Shown piece after piece: positions 51,338 to 64,000 of a stretch of DNA of 64,000 nt. Source of the DNA: Curvularia clavata (lineage: Eukaryota); NCBI GenBank assembly GCA_023920165.1, contig CP089275.1, forward strand, positions 868,001 through 932,000, in the 5' to 3' direction. The notes beneath the pieces are model-generated. The model did not search any database. It was not told where the DNA came from and saw only the letters and a program-made list of their open reading frames with translations. Every line of letters begins with the position of its first letter. The first letter of the stretch is position 1. A program made the position numbers and the translations under genes.

Positions 51338-52951
51338 ATGCTTCTCTTTACCATCATCGCTTGGCTACTATGCCTCGCCCATAGTTCATCAACTGATTCG
51401 GATGCGCTAAAGCATGTCGTCTCTGAACTACCGTCCCTCTTGTCAAAAGACGCTGTTGTCACATTCCCTTGGGATGCTCGATGGGATGATCTGCAAATAC
51501 GTGCGGCTTCTCCGCGTATCTCTCCTGATTACAGCATCATTGTCGAAGCAGCCACTGAGGACGATGTGCAGAAGACGGTTTCCCTTGCCAATCGTTTCGA
51601 CATTCCGTTCTTGGCTGTATCTGGTGGCCATGGGTGGACTCGATCGCTGAACCAGTTGCCGTATGGTATTCAGATCAACTTGAGAAAGCTCAATACCACT
51701 ACTCTTAACCCAGACGGCAAGACGGCCATAGTTGGTGGCGGTACAAAACAATATGAGATCACACGTTCCCTGTTTGGCCTCGGCAAGTACGCTGGTGAGT
51801 ACATGTCAATTATTATAAGTAGTGCAGGTTGAGGCAGATAACTAATCCTATCACGATGCTAGTTACTGGACTCTCACAATGTGTTTCCGTTGCAGGTCCG
51901 CTGTTGGGGGGTGGCCACAGCCTACTGCAGGGTCAATATGGCTACTCTGTCGATGGCCTTGTTTCTGCACGAGTGGTACTCGCCAGCGGTGAAATTGTCG
52001 AAGCGTCCAGGACGAAGAATTCAGACCTGTTCTGGGCGTTGCAAGGAGCCGGCCATAACTTTGGCATCGTTACAAGCCTGGAAATGAAGACTTATGACAT
52101 ACCCTCCGAATGGACCGTGTATACATTCATGTTTTCTTCAGACAAGGTCGAAGCGCTATTCACGTTGGTCAACGAGCTTGAGGATCTGGGCGTTCAGCGG
52201 CCAGCAAAATTGGCGTTAACAGGGTTATTCATAAGAATTCCTGCTGTTGACTCCGTCAACGTAAGTTGTATTCTGGCACCATGAATAGGCACGACTGACC
52301 ATCCCTAAGCCTATTGTCATATACAATGTCGCATACGAAGGTTCAGAAGCGGAAGCGGAGCCATATGCTGCTCGTTTCACAGCGCTTGGCCCCATCTCCA
52401 CTCAGATTCACACTAACGTCAATTATGTCGAGCTATACACTGTGACAGGAAACCTACTCACAGATCGGCCCTGTACAAGCAACGAAAACATACTTGGGGC
52501 CGGAGTCTCTTTGCCTGCTTGGGACATTCAGGGTGTCCGTAAAGCGTTGACCATATTCGGGGAGATTACTGCTGACCCTCGTTTCAATACCTCCATCACG
52601 CTTATGGAGAATTACGGAATGCAAGGAGTGCGCGCTATCGATGCTGCTTCCACTGCCTTGGCGCCTGAAGAGCGCGATTTACCCATCCTCGCAAGCGCAG
52701 TGCTCTGGTGGGCCGGTGAGGATGAGGAGACAACGAAGGTGGCTCAAGATTATTTACATGCAATGACTGACGCACTCTATATGGGCGTCGATGGAGACAG
52801 TAACAAGAAGCGACACTGCTACGTCAATTACGCAAGTGGAGAAGAGTCGAGGTCGGAGGTGTATGGCGAGTCTAGGCTGAAGAAGCTGGCCGAATTGAAG
52901 AGCAAATGGGATCCAGAGAACAAGTTCAAGTATTACAATCCTATAGTTTAG
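51338..52951 (+). CDS. Secreted FAD-linked oxidoreductase (berberine-bridge/VAO-PCMH family, AA7-like)
   Basis: Signal peptide MLLFTIIAWLLCLAHS; SGGHG flavinylation His; LLGGGHS..GQYG..D; SDLFWALQGAGHNFGIVTS; C-terminal YVNYA..YG..RL.KL..LK.KWDPENKF. Introns 51795-51862 and 52261-52309. Confidence 0.9.
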
Positions 52952-55900
52952 ACAGAAGTGCATTCAATGAAGCACGCTAATTTAGGTCACGCTTTTTGAC
53001 AAAAGCAAGAACGCTTGGTTAATACACGCGACGGTTCCTTATTAGCCAAATAAAGTTCAATGATAAAAAACATAGTAATACGAGACTATGCCATCCATTT
53101 CATGATAGCATCTTTGTCTAAGGAGCTCACGGCTTCAAAAACTCCTCTAAGTGCTTCGCTACGGTTTCCTCTGTGGGGACTTCGTAGCGCCATGTAGCTG
53201 CCACAGTGACGTTCCGGAGGCGGAAAGCACCTCCACCCTCGGGAATGCCTTTGTCGAAGAGTAACTAGCCTTGGGCCACAACGCAGTAGGCACCTTGTCA
53301 TCTCCCAACTGGTACACCGTGATTTCTGCTATGCCATGTCGATGCCTAACGTATTTAGGAATAGCGCCGCGACCCCGATCCTGTAGTTGCTTCGTAGTCT
53401 CACCTTCCAAGCTACTTTAACTACTTTCGTTTGTTTTGCTTGCTTTGGTCTTGAGCCACTGCAGTCGCTGCAACTTCATCTCGGAGCGTTCTCTCTTCGA
53501 TTTCATCGACAGTGTACTTGCTTGCCGTAACGGTGAGCTGATCCCGTAGCGACTCGCGGGTGGATCGAGACCTTTGTATAACTTACGACGCCAGAATCAG
53601 GTGGCAAAATGTTATCATCACACTTCTCTTCACAGGTTCTTGTGTACAGACTACCAAGATGCACCTTTGATGTGAGTGTTTTGTATACCCCCGGGAAATT
53701 CATTTGTCATGTGATCTAACCGTAACTTACTCTGGAGGGCACACATTGTCTTAGGTTTATTGAGATCCGTGACCCTCCTTAGTGATATTCGGGACTGATT
53801 AGAGTCTTGTTGTAGGGAAACGGGCAATTTGAGTGCTGGCAGTTGCTGTCCGGGTACAATTTTCAGCTCTCTAGTCCTGAGATAACTTTTAGCAATTTCT
53901 TCAGTGGATGCATCTCTCTGCGATATCAAGATACTGGTTATTTTGAAGTGCTAGGTCTCTCTCTCTCTCCCTCTGTGCAAACCTGCAAGCGTCCTTGATA
54001 CCAGTGATACTCTGTTGTTGCGAGGTTGTCGCTCAGCAGTACCACCCTGACAACACATGTAGCCACCAGATACCCATATCTACTCTGGAATTCTTAGTAT
54101 CTTTTTCCATGCACACGCAGAGCTTATTTGTTTTGGGGAATATAAAAGCAGATTCAATAGCGATGCAAGCGCCTCACGACTACTGGGTGAGTCGAAGTTG
54201 ACTATTTATCAAAGTATAATATAACTATAGCATGTAGAGGTTGCTAGTCAGAGTTATTTAAGAGATAGCTAAACATAGAGGTATTGAAATCAACAAATAG
54301 AAAACAATTGATAAGATACATCGCAAGCCTAATTCCAACAAAGGCAATGTCGGAAAATAGAAAATCGCCCTAGTTTGTGTACTAGCCAACTTCCCAGAGA
54401 CATTAAATTCATTCCACATACAAGAAAGCATTGTAATGAATTGAAGGTTTCCCTCACCAAGCGGAACAGTAATGGATTTTGCTATCATGTATCTACCTGA
54501 CGCACTTCAAGGCGTGGAATTATGCTCGACAGCCAATGCTCAAACATCGACTATTTTGTGTCCCAACAGTAAAGTATGGAAGCACTATGTATATAAGGCG
54601 TCCCTCTTAGTTCCATGTCCTCTCCCCTCGCACCACACTTTCATACCCTAATAAACAATTCCCGAACCCCAATCTACAGCATGAAAATGCAGGGTCAAGA
54701 AACTGCGTTTAAAGTAGACGTGGATGGAAAACTCTATTTCCCCACCCCACCAACCTATACATGTACCCGCCTACCAAAAAACACCCATCCAAAACAGCAA
54801 ACCCACCTCCCTCCTAACATCGGAGCCTTCATCAAAACCAGTTTTTTTTAACAAGACCGAGATACACGAGCTGATATACTCACAAATAGGGTCTGAGGTA
54901 CAAAAGCCACATAGCCATTCCTTACCTCTCCCATGTCCACATTCTCATGCAGGGTAGGGAAAAAAAGGCATTCAAACGAGTAATGTCAGCGACGTTGGAA
55001 GCCAGCGCAAGTCCGAATCAGTGTTTTACATGCTGTGACAAAGATGGAGAAGAGGCGGGAACAAGGCATGCTTCAGCATCTCAAATCGGGCGTCTATGGA
55101 GAAACATGGTAGGTCGTTATGTGGGGGGACGGTATAAAAAAAAGATATATGCATTATGGGAAGAGCAAAGGATAAAGTAGGGGAAAAAGGGAGTGGGTGG
55201 TGAATGAGATGAGGGAGATGGACTGACATGTGTGCATACATACATACGTAGATGGGAAAGATGTGAAGAGAAGCTACCTACGCAAAAACCACCCATGTAA
55301 TGTATAACACCGTAGAGTCAAAGGCATCATTCAATCAGAGGACAAGCATGCACAGAGAAAAAAACAGCTGTTCCATGCACGATCTCATGCCAGATGGACT
55401 CACGTACATAACATCTACATGACATCTCGAGTCTGCGCATGTACATAAGATGGGGCGGGAGAGAGATAGAGAGAGAGAGAGGCAAAAAATAACAAGCCAC
55501 CCTACCCCCCTCCATCATGCAAGACAGCTTCGCAAGCGTCGGCCCTTTCCGCGAACGCAGCCTGCGGGTCACTTACTCGGCAGAAAACTTTGTACATGTA
55601 CATACATGTAATTCCCCGGTCTACGGGATGTAAGAAAGAAAAATTACGGTTACATACATTTACGGGTGTATGTGTGTGTCGCATGTGTATATTTTTCCGT
55701 AGAGCAAAAATTGCAGGTTAATTGGGGCACACACACAGACACACAGACACACAGACACCAACGCACATACGGAAGTGCACAGAACAAAAAAAGGATAAAA
55801 AGAATATTGTGGTTAATTAGTGTTTTTGCGACGGCCAGTGTTTCAGATGCATCATGTGTTCGCAGGAGGACAGATTGCCAGGTTCTTGGCGCGGAGGAAG

Positions 55901-58900
55901 AGAAGAGGAGGGGGGGGGGCCTGCGGGTAAGCAAAAGACGAGGGGGTGTGGTGTGTGCGGGACACAGAACGGATAGACAGGAAAACGAAACAGCTTGGGG
56001 TATTTCGGCCTTCATTTTACCCCGTATGCAGTTCATTGCTACTTTTCTTGCTCTTCAAACAACAACGGGTTCCGTTATCGTTTCAAAGTGAAGATCTGGC
56101 CCTGGAATCTCATACAACACTCATTACAATTTCCTTTTCTTTGTTCCGGTGGTTCCAGTCATTTGATCAGGGATTTTTTTTGACAGTGGGGTTGAAAGAA
56201 GGGAACTTTTCTGCGCTTCCGGAATTAATCCGGTCAACCAATGTCGCCGCGGTGCCCAGGGTTACGAGCTGCCATTTGCGAGAACCACAGTCACACGGCT
56301 GTAGCGAAGCCGAACGGGGTTTTTCCTCGGGTGCGCAAAAGTTGGTTGTGGACCCCGCAATAACCCCCCGGAGAAAGATGGTCGAATTCAGAATGTTCGA
56401 CGTTGGTGCTTTTTCTTGTCAACAAAATTGAATCTTTGGTAGACACGGAGAAATAAATCGGATCCAATGCATGGGAGAGACGCGTTCTGCCTGCCCGTTG
56501 GAAGCAGTTGAACCACTGGAAACCGTCGGTGGTTCGCACAGCCGACAAGCGCCGTGTCGGATGCGGGGATTAGAGACCCAGAGATAGAGCTACTGTGATG
56601 ATGCTGGGATGTTGGGTCCAGTTCGCACAACGGACAACCCATACGTTCACTCGAGCTGGTGCGGTGGTTTAGCTAGGGCGCTATGGCGTTTGCATCTACC
56701 ATGGTTCGCAGAATGCGAACGGCAGCCACTCAAAGCGACTACAAGGACAGCATCGTCGCAGGTCAAAACGCGCTAATATTACCGTTGGCTGTGCACACGT
56801 CCCAGCCGCGACTGCTCTCGGCCCGCAATGCATGCAGAGATTTTCGTGATAGATCAGACCATCTTCCCAACCACCCCAGTAAACACTAGGATGGCTAGTC
56901 GAGCCAAGTTGGCCCTCGGTATCAATAATTCGGGTGTAGTTGGAGAAGCCGAGAGGATCTGTATCTGTGTACGGACCAAGGTCGACGCGTGGCTAGTGAT
57001 TAGTATGAATTTTTGCGTACACGTAGTGCGGGCCTGAGCGTCATGGTTTGTTCAATCTGGTGAATAGTCCGATAGCAAGGTCATTGATCAGAGCACCTAC
57101 CAAAACCAACTCGGCAGGAGCCTTTTTTTTCTTCTCTCTTTGCCCTCGGATAACAAGGCTAATAAGCCATGATCGGGAAGAATGTGGGTGCTCTAGTAGG
57201 GCAGAGTTTCGGGCCAAGCACCGCAAGATGCCATGTCATCTATTGTAGTGAGCTGGGATGGATCCGAGCACAATTGAAGCGATGGAAGCGGTTTTATCCA
57301 GCCGCCCATACCAATGTGTCGGGTAACAATTAGAATATTTGCGTACTTTATTGAGTCAGACGATATAGAGGACATGTGCTGGATATGGCAAGTCATTAAC
57401 CTATGGCACAATCACGGTTCCGAGTGCAAATGGTTTCCTTGGCAGCCGGCGAAAATGCCAGCTGGGACAAGTGTGAGGTTACCGATCAATCGACTGTCGG
57501 AGGAGTTTTCGCGATACGGCAATGAGTTGTGCAGATGTGCTCATAGTGAATTTTTTTTTTCCTTTCCGTCTCGTAATCGCGAGTCGCATCGATGATACGG
57601 CTTTACGGCTGACTGGGCGGCTGAGGCGTTGCTAGCATGAATAAAGTGCGGCAGGCTAAATGCACAATCGAGCGAGCCCTATAACAGTTTATGCATGAGT
57701 GCGCTTAGACCGAGGCCAGGACGACGACATCATGTTGTTAGTAGAGCAGTAGCTTTACATGGTATAGGACAAGTTGAAGTGGCTACATGACGAAAAAAAC
57801 AATATTGCTTCAGCCACAATTGGCAAAAGTAGGCGCAATGGAAATCATCTCGACTCATGGCATCGACGGCCAGGCTGCAGCGCACCCTGTACAGAGGTGT
57901 GGCGGGACGCCAAGGTGATGCAGCAGAGCATGCCGGGCGGATCATGCAAAGGCTTAACGATAGGCGGCTCTGCAACTGGGCGTAGCTGCAAGATGGCAGC
58001 GTACTTTTTTGGCGGCCGTTAGGATACTGCTTAGTGACGGAGGCCGACGGTCCCCGGACAAGTTTTGTCACGACGCAAGTAAGAGGCGCGGCGGACGAAA
58101 GACCCGATGCTCAGAGCGCCTACTTCCAAGGCTGGCGAACGTCTGAGGGCAGGGTGAATCCGATCAGAAAAGAGAAAAAACAAAGTAGAGAAGAGCGGTG
58201 AGGGGGTTGGCGGCAGAGCGGGAAGCTGCTTGAGCGCGAACAATGAACCCCTCACTTGGACAGTTTATTTGTTGAACTTTGTTGAGGCCATCGAAGAGCA
58301 TGTGGAGTGGACGCGAGGAGTATGCGAGACCGGTGAGGCCGACAGCTAGCCAATCAGATGGCAGAAGCACACCCCACGAGCTGCACAGCGCCGTCGTGGC
58401 TAGCTTGCTCCGTCGATATCCCGATAACGGCTCTGCTGGCTTCCTGACGTGGCCAGTGGTGATTGGCGGTCCGACGCCTATCTGGACCATGGAGCGAGCA
58501 TGCGACGCTGATCCATCCACTCTTAGGGGAGCTCCAGAAGCTCGTCGTGTGGGAAAAAAAGAGGGTGTTGTCTTTTCCATGTGAAGTATGATAGATTCAT
58601 GGCGGCTGGAAGGGGGCGACAACTCGTGTGCCGTCAAGCGCGGATGCGAGAGGGTCGGTGCGACGGCATGTGCAGAAGCTCTGCTTCCAGCAGCAAGCCT
58701 TCGATCGGGTCCACGATCCCATCCTAGTTGTGTGTGCACTCGAGGGTAGAGAGTGGAGAGGGAGCTTCGTCTTGGCTGCCACCACGCAGGGATCCCTTAC
58801 ATTACACGCATATGCAGGCGCGGCTCGCTGCATACGAGCTCTGGCCAGTCCAAGTCCAAAGTGGCTGCTGCATCGCGGGATTGCCTCACGCTGCAGGAAC

Positions 58901-58939
58901 GTTGGCCCGCGACAGAGACAGAGACAGACAAGGACACAT

Positions 58940-58963
58940 ACACACACACACACACACACACAC
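58940..58963. repeat. (AC)n microsatellite
   Basis: About 12 AC units, preceded by GAGACA-type repeats. Confidence 0.95.
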
Positions 58964-61900
58964 GGCGTGAAAGACGGTTGTCTATGCTCTCCTTTGACAA
59001 GCTCATTTCCCTTGGGCCGTTTCTTGGGCGGCAAGGCAACAATGGCCGCTGCAAGCGGGACTAGTATGGTCCGAGGCCAGATTACGCTTTATTGCCACGG
59101 GTAGAACTTCCCCACTGCACGAAAACGCAAATGTTGTCGACGAGGTGCAAAAATGGCTGATACAAGACGATGAACCCTGTAGACGAGTATTGGAAATAGA
59201 AGCTTCGTCATGTGCTGAGGGGCTTGTGGCAGCCTGACTCGGACCCTGTTTCCATCGGTCAATTTTCTTGTGTGCATGTCTATTCTAGCCAGGTGGGTGG
59301 CGGTGGTGGTCAGCAAGCGTAGCATGTAGCAGGTAGAGACACGGGCGCGCGCCTTTTCTCCACGATCCGCTCCCTCGCACATCGCGCCGGCTGCGCTGCA
59401 CTGCACGTTTATTTCCACTGGTGCATATCTGCTACACGCCCTAGTCCACGAGGCCGTCGTGTGACTGCAGACGAGTAAAGATAATCGTCCGCACCCCGAG
59501 CACAGGGTGATACAGGGTGGGTCGCTTGAGCGCCGCGTCCTACTACCTAGTACTCCGTAGACTACTCCTAACCAACTGTACTACGGCAGTGTAGGCCAGC
59601 ATGTGGCCTTGGCTGTCGAGCCCGGATCGGGATCCAGTGATGCCGTCAGTCGTGGTACGGAGTGGGTAGGTGGGTGGGTGGGTGAGCATGTTGCGCTCGA
59701 CCAAACTTTGGCCCCCATGGTGGAGCGTCAAAGCTATGGAGAGCAGCAAAAGGGTTGGCTGTGAAGACACTAGCCATGACACGGATGCGAACTCTTGGTT
59801 TGGCGCCTGAGGCGATGGCCTGGGCGGAGGACATGCCAACTGTCAAGTGGCATGGCCGTCGACTGCTGTTCCAGAGGTCGAGGCTGGCACCGTTCGCATG
59901 GTTGGTGCAGGGATCGAGGCGGACTCTCCCGTGCGCCGTGCTACGAGTCCCATGATGCACTACTCAGCAACTAGGAGTCGGAGGATGCAAAAGCCCTTTG
60001 GGTCGGTCGTCGTTTGAAGACGTGTGGCCATGGTGGCGCGCATCCCTCCCCCCGCCGGGATTGCGTTGTATGTGGCCTCTTGTTTCAGCTGGACCAAAGC
60101 GTGTAGGCCCTTGTGATACGGGGACGACGCATTGGCCGAGGTTGCAGGCTTAGACATGGTCGTGGGCGCGAGACACGGCCATGGAGATTGAGTTGCACTC
60201 GTTGTCGAGGCGCGTAGTGCGTGGGTGGCTGTTGAGGTGAGGGCAAGGTCAGAAAGCGTGACTGCGGCGCTGGTGGGGCTAGGCCGGGGAGGGCTAGCGC
60301 GGCCAGCGCATCTTCTCACCGCAACTAGGAGATGGCCTATGACGGCGTGCGCCGTCCACATCCAACGTCAAGCCCGTGCTACCATGGGCACATCTGTCAT
60401 TCGACGTGGGTGTCGAGTGGCATGGTCTTTGAGGATCAAAGGGCCAAATGGCCATGGACGGGCTGTGGGCGTCTTGCCCGCCATGCTCGGCTGACATGAC
60501 ATGGCTGTCGCACACTGTTGACGAGATTCCACGTTGCACATGTCTTGACGGGGCTCGCTTCGCGTCGTGCATGGGCATTCTGAGGACTTGTCGTAGGGAA
60601 CAGATGGACGGTGGCCTGGTCTGGGCTTTGCTGTCTGGCTCCCGGTAGACTACCCAGCCAATGGGAGAAGACATGACCAATGCCCAGATGACGGTGGCCG
60701 ACTAGCTCGCACGGCCTACCGTCCGTCTATCCCGCTGAGAGTCGGGCGTATCCCTGTGCTGGCTGGATAGAGAGGCATTTAGCCTGTGGTGGTAACGCCA
60801 TCCATCTATGATATCAGGGCATTTTGTTTACAAATTGGCCAGGCAGGTCGATGCCGTCTCACAGGTCCTGCCCGAAGCATCGAGTGCCGTTGGAAAAAGC
60901 GACGAGGATGACGGCCATTGTCAGCAGCCAGAGGGTGCCGCGGCAGTTGAGCGTGTTTCAGAAGGAACGTGGCTGTCGGGCGGGCAGTGCAGTGCAGTGC
61001 AGGAGCGACCATTTTGCTTCTGCCACCATTTTTTTGTTTGTTCATCTGTTGTCGACCCAATGGCCAGTGTGTGCCGGGCTGACTCGCACAGAGTATGTGC
61101 TGTTCAAGCAGGGCAGGGCAGGGCGAGCGGGAGATTGAGCGCCGACAGCCGACGGCGTGTGTGGTAGAAGGGAGTATGTGTGTTTGAAGCGATAGCAGAA
61201 TGGTAGTGCCCTTGTGGTTCCCTTGTTGGGACGGGCGTGTGAGCAAGCAGTGGTGGGCTCCGCAATTAGACGGACCGGCGCCGCTTAGTCAAGGCGGGCG
61301 CGCACGCGCAGTTTGCAACGACTGTTCCCTATCAATTGAGGGCAGCGGTTTGCCCGCGGTGCGCGTCGAATATCTCCGGGGGCTCTCAGTGGCCCACCGA
61401 TTCAGCCGTGTTATCCCCATCGGGCGGGTAGCCGATGCCTCAGGACGCGACAGAGTGGCAGGAAAAAGTAGGCGCCCGCTAAATTTGGAGCGCGGTACCC
61501 TTGGTGCTGAGGGCGGCCGTGAGAGGACAGAGGGGGTCGGGGGTAGTGGAGTGGGTGGGGGTGAGTGGTGGTGGTAGCAGCCAGGGCCAGTCGTTGGGTG
61601 GTGGATACGACGACGACGAGTTACAGTGGCTACAAGGGCTCTGTCGTGGCCGCGGTGCTGTGGTATAGTGGCGGGCAGGCAGGCTGGGCTGGGCGATGGA
61701 TGGGGAGGCCATGGCAAGGCATGGTATGGTATGGCATGGTATGGCATAGGCAGAGGTTCGCTTGCGTGCATAATCGTCGCGCTATGGGCGGGCAGGCCTG
61801 TCCCTGTCAACCGCACCGGCGGCGGATCAGCCCAGTCAGCAAGCTCCACGGCGGCGTCTGTGCGGGTGGAGCGAAACGGCCTGGGTCTGACGGGATTGGC

Positions 61901-63035
61901 ATGTGGATGCAAGTCGACGGCCGATGTGAATTTAGATTGTGCTCGTGTCGTGTCGTGTCTGTCTGGCTGTAGGGGAGGCAAGGCAGGGCCTGTCCCCAGA
62001 AGATCTCCACCACCCGTGTGTCTAGGGACGGCACTGGGCTGCACAGCACTGAGGGCTGCATTGTTGCCATCGGCCTCGTCGCCAACTGCATTGCCATCTG
62101 CTGCTCGAGCCGCCCGCCGCCGCTGCTGCAAATTCGCTCCGGCCCGTCGACGCAGCAGCAGCAGCTGTTGCTTGCCTGCCCGCCTGCTTGCTTGCTTGCG
62201 TGCGTGCGTGCTTCCCTCGCCAGCCGGGCGGCCAGCCGGGCAGCCAGCCAGCCAGCCCAGGCCCGCGCGCATCGGAACAACTTGGCAGCGACGCCGGGCG
62301 CGGGCAGGGATTGGTCGCGCCTTCTCTTGCGAGCAAGCGGGCAGCAACAGACTGCGGGGCGGGGCGTGCGCTGCTCGCCTGTCCACGGCTGCCCTCTTAG
62401 CTGCGGCCTGCCTGCTGTCGAGCGCTGCAGAGAATCCTGCAGCACTGCCGACGACAACGAACGACTTCGATTCTCCACACCCTCTCCCTCACTCTCGTCG
62501 CCTTTGCACGCAAAAGAAGCCCTCTGCTCGTGAGTACTGCATCCGTATCCATATCCATACCCATACCCATATCCCTCCCCTGCCCACTCCCTCCCCGCCG
62601 GACTCGCCACCTGCGTTTCCCGTGCACCCTCGCCTATCGCTCCTGCGCCCTCTCTGGTTGGGCCACGCCCAGCACTAGCTGCCAAAGTCACATCCCAACC
62701 ACCTCCGCCTCTAAACCTCCGCCTCCCCACCGCAGTCTGCGAAGAAGCCCTTCGCTCGTTCTCTCTGGCTGCACACTCCCCCCCACCCCTTCTACCCCCT
62801 CTCCCCCCCAATAGACTGTCGCTTGTCCCTTTGCACAAAAGCTCCCTGCTCTTCTGCCGCTGCTTCGTCCTCTCCGCGCCGCTGCAGCCTCTCGACTGAC
62901 ACGCGTGTGTCGCGTAGTCTTATTCTTGCACTTGCAGCCGCTATCGCTATCGATACTGCTTGACCCGCATCCCCCCCAAGCGCGACGACGTTACGACTGT
63001 TTACGACAACATTGCTCCCAGACGACCCCAAACAC

Positions 63036-63113
63036 ATGTTTCTGGCATTCGCAGTCCGATTCCGCTATTCTTCCAGGCCGGCTTTTGTCAATTCCCACCT
63101 TTGCGTCTTCTGA
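63036..63113 (+). promoter_or_regulatory. Upstream ORF (25 aa, MFLAFAVRFRYSSRPAFVNSHLCVF*) in the putative stuA leader
   Basis: Only + strand ATG I found between 61927 and 63982; ends at TGA 63111-63113. Confidence 0.55.
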
Positions 63114-63595
63114 TCCCACACCCCCCAAAAAGCATTTGTCGACGACCAGCCCTTCTCTGCTTTACGACTGCAACGACGTAACGACCAGCTTTTCCCCCCT
63201 CCAGCATTGTTTGCAGCGTTCCACTTGATCCAGCAGCTTCCCGCGCCCATAGCCTATTTCTCTCCCCCACATCGGTTCGCAGCCAAGCCATCCTGGTCAG
63301 TATTCCCCCCGAAGCCAACTTCGCTCTCTTCTTGCCTACCTCTGTGCACACCCTCTGCAGCCAATCCACCACCACCTTTGCCTCTGCTAGCAATCAACTA
63401 ACTGGCCCTTCCAGATTATTCGCTCCGCCAACCTCTTGCCGCTACCTGCAGCCACGAGCGAGCCATCATCCTGCCGAACACGCCTGTGTGCAGCTGCGCT
63501 TTCATCTGGACGACTGACTCGGCAATCTTTTCCAAGAAGCGCTCGACGTCCGACCCCAACAACCACATTTTCGACATCCCCTCAATACCGTAAAG

Positions 63596-64000
63596 CTGGA
63601 GCTCCCATCGATCTCGTCGGTCCACGCCCGCGGCCCTGCTGACTCTTGGTACCCATCCCATTACGCACCCAAGCCTGCCACCTCCAGCGAACGTCTACCA
63701 GCCCTGCCCCAGATTCAGTCGCACCCAAGCTCGTCGTCAAGCTCGTCGTCACCTCGCGGTGATTCCATCAGTTCTGGTTCGGTCACTGGCGGAAGCGCCA
63801 GCTCCAATACGTCGTACGCCGCGTCCGTCAACGGGCACACCACCGGCTTCAAGACGCCTTCCCCAAAGCACGCCCCCCAGGACCTCAGGCGAGACTCCCA
63901 CTCCCTCAACGTCCAGTCGGTCCAAAGCTCTCCCTTTGGCTCTCAGGAGGGATACAGTTTTGCTCCCGGCGGCTACAACAGCATGAACCAGATGCAATCG
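63596..64000 (+). CDS. stuA: 5' end of probable APSES transcription factor StuA/Asm-1 (runs off the window); first ATG at 63983, open frame from 63518
   Basis: Frame reads [39 protein letters not shown]. From recall this resembles the N-terminal region and MNQ start of ascomycete StuA proteins. The ~11 kb gene-free upstream region fits. The APSES domain is not visible in the window. Confidence 0.62.
   Translation, partial: MELPSISSVHARGPADSWYPSHYAPKPATSSERLPALPQIQSHPSSSSSSSSPRGDSISSGSVTGGSASSNTSYAASVNGHTTGFKTPSPKHAPQDLRRDSHSLNVQSVQSSPFGSQEGYSFAPGGYNSMNQMQS

Noticed and set aside
49022..52951. Hydrolase plus FAD oxidase as a secondary-metabolite cluster
   Set aside because: No backbone enzyme, transporter or cluster regulator nearby; flanked by housekeeping SOF1 and non-coding DNA.
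53086..53929. Chain of short minus-strand ORFs that could be a decayed gene
   Set aside because: No recognisable motif; cannot be told from random ORFs without a homology search.
56381..56535. Two short hairpins (GTCGAA/TTCGAC; GAACCAC/GTGGTTC) with a TTCGA reminiscent of a tRNA T-loop
   Set aside because: Stems of 6-8 bp are expected by chance, and no cloverleaf or A/B-box spacing could be built.
61289..62838. Three overlapping 340-365 aa ORFs on both strands
   Set aside because: GC-rich low-complexity sequence translating simple repeats (Ala/Arg/Gly/Pro-rich), near-cognate starts and no domain motifs; better explained as promoter/leader DNA.

Overview
Gene-dense genomic DNA from a filamentous ascomycete. 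It has short GT-AG introns with CTRAC/CTAAY branch sites, and the gene content is compatible with a Dothideomycete/Pleosporales species (an inference). I see no CRISPR array, rRNA, tRNA or intact transposon. The left end (1-4.2 kb) is accessory-like: a partial AttH/CrtC-type lipocalin-fold gene, a disrupted Ulp1/C48 protease relic and two tandem BTB/POZ genes. A housekeeping block follows: hotdog thioesterase, PXA-PX sorting-nexin-like protein, PAS-PAS hybrid histidine kinase, succinyl-CoA:3-oxoacid CoA transferase, an FKBP-STIMATE fusion, a TPT-family transporter, HymA/Mo25, a Csk1-like kinase, Syp1, Prp3, RNA Pol I largest subunit, perilipin/CAP20, RPL27 and SOF1. Next is a small accessory pocket with an alpha/beta-hydrolase carrying fluoroacetate-dehalogenase catalytic motifs and a secreted BBE-like FAD oxidase. 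The last ~11 kb is non-coding and leads into what is probably the 5' end of stuA (APSES developmental regulator). Highlights: (1) a ~2 kb almost AUG-free leader with one uORF and a 155-codon in-frame, AUG-less extension containing a CUG in strong context ahead of the putative StuA AUG; (2) an intron-containing fungal gene with the full C-F bond-cleaving residue set of fluoroacetate dehalogenases; (3) a spliced FKBP + STIMATE/TMEM110 fusion. All family assignments are from motif recognition and recall, not database searches.
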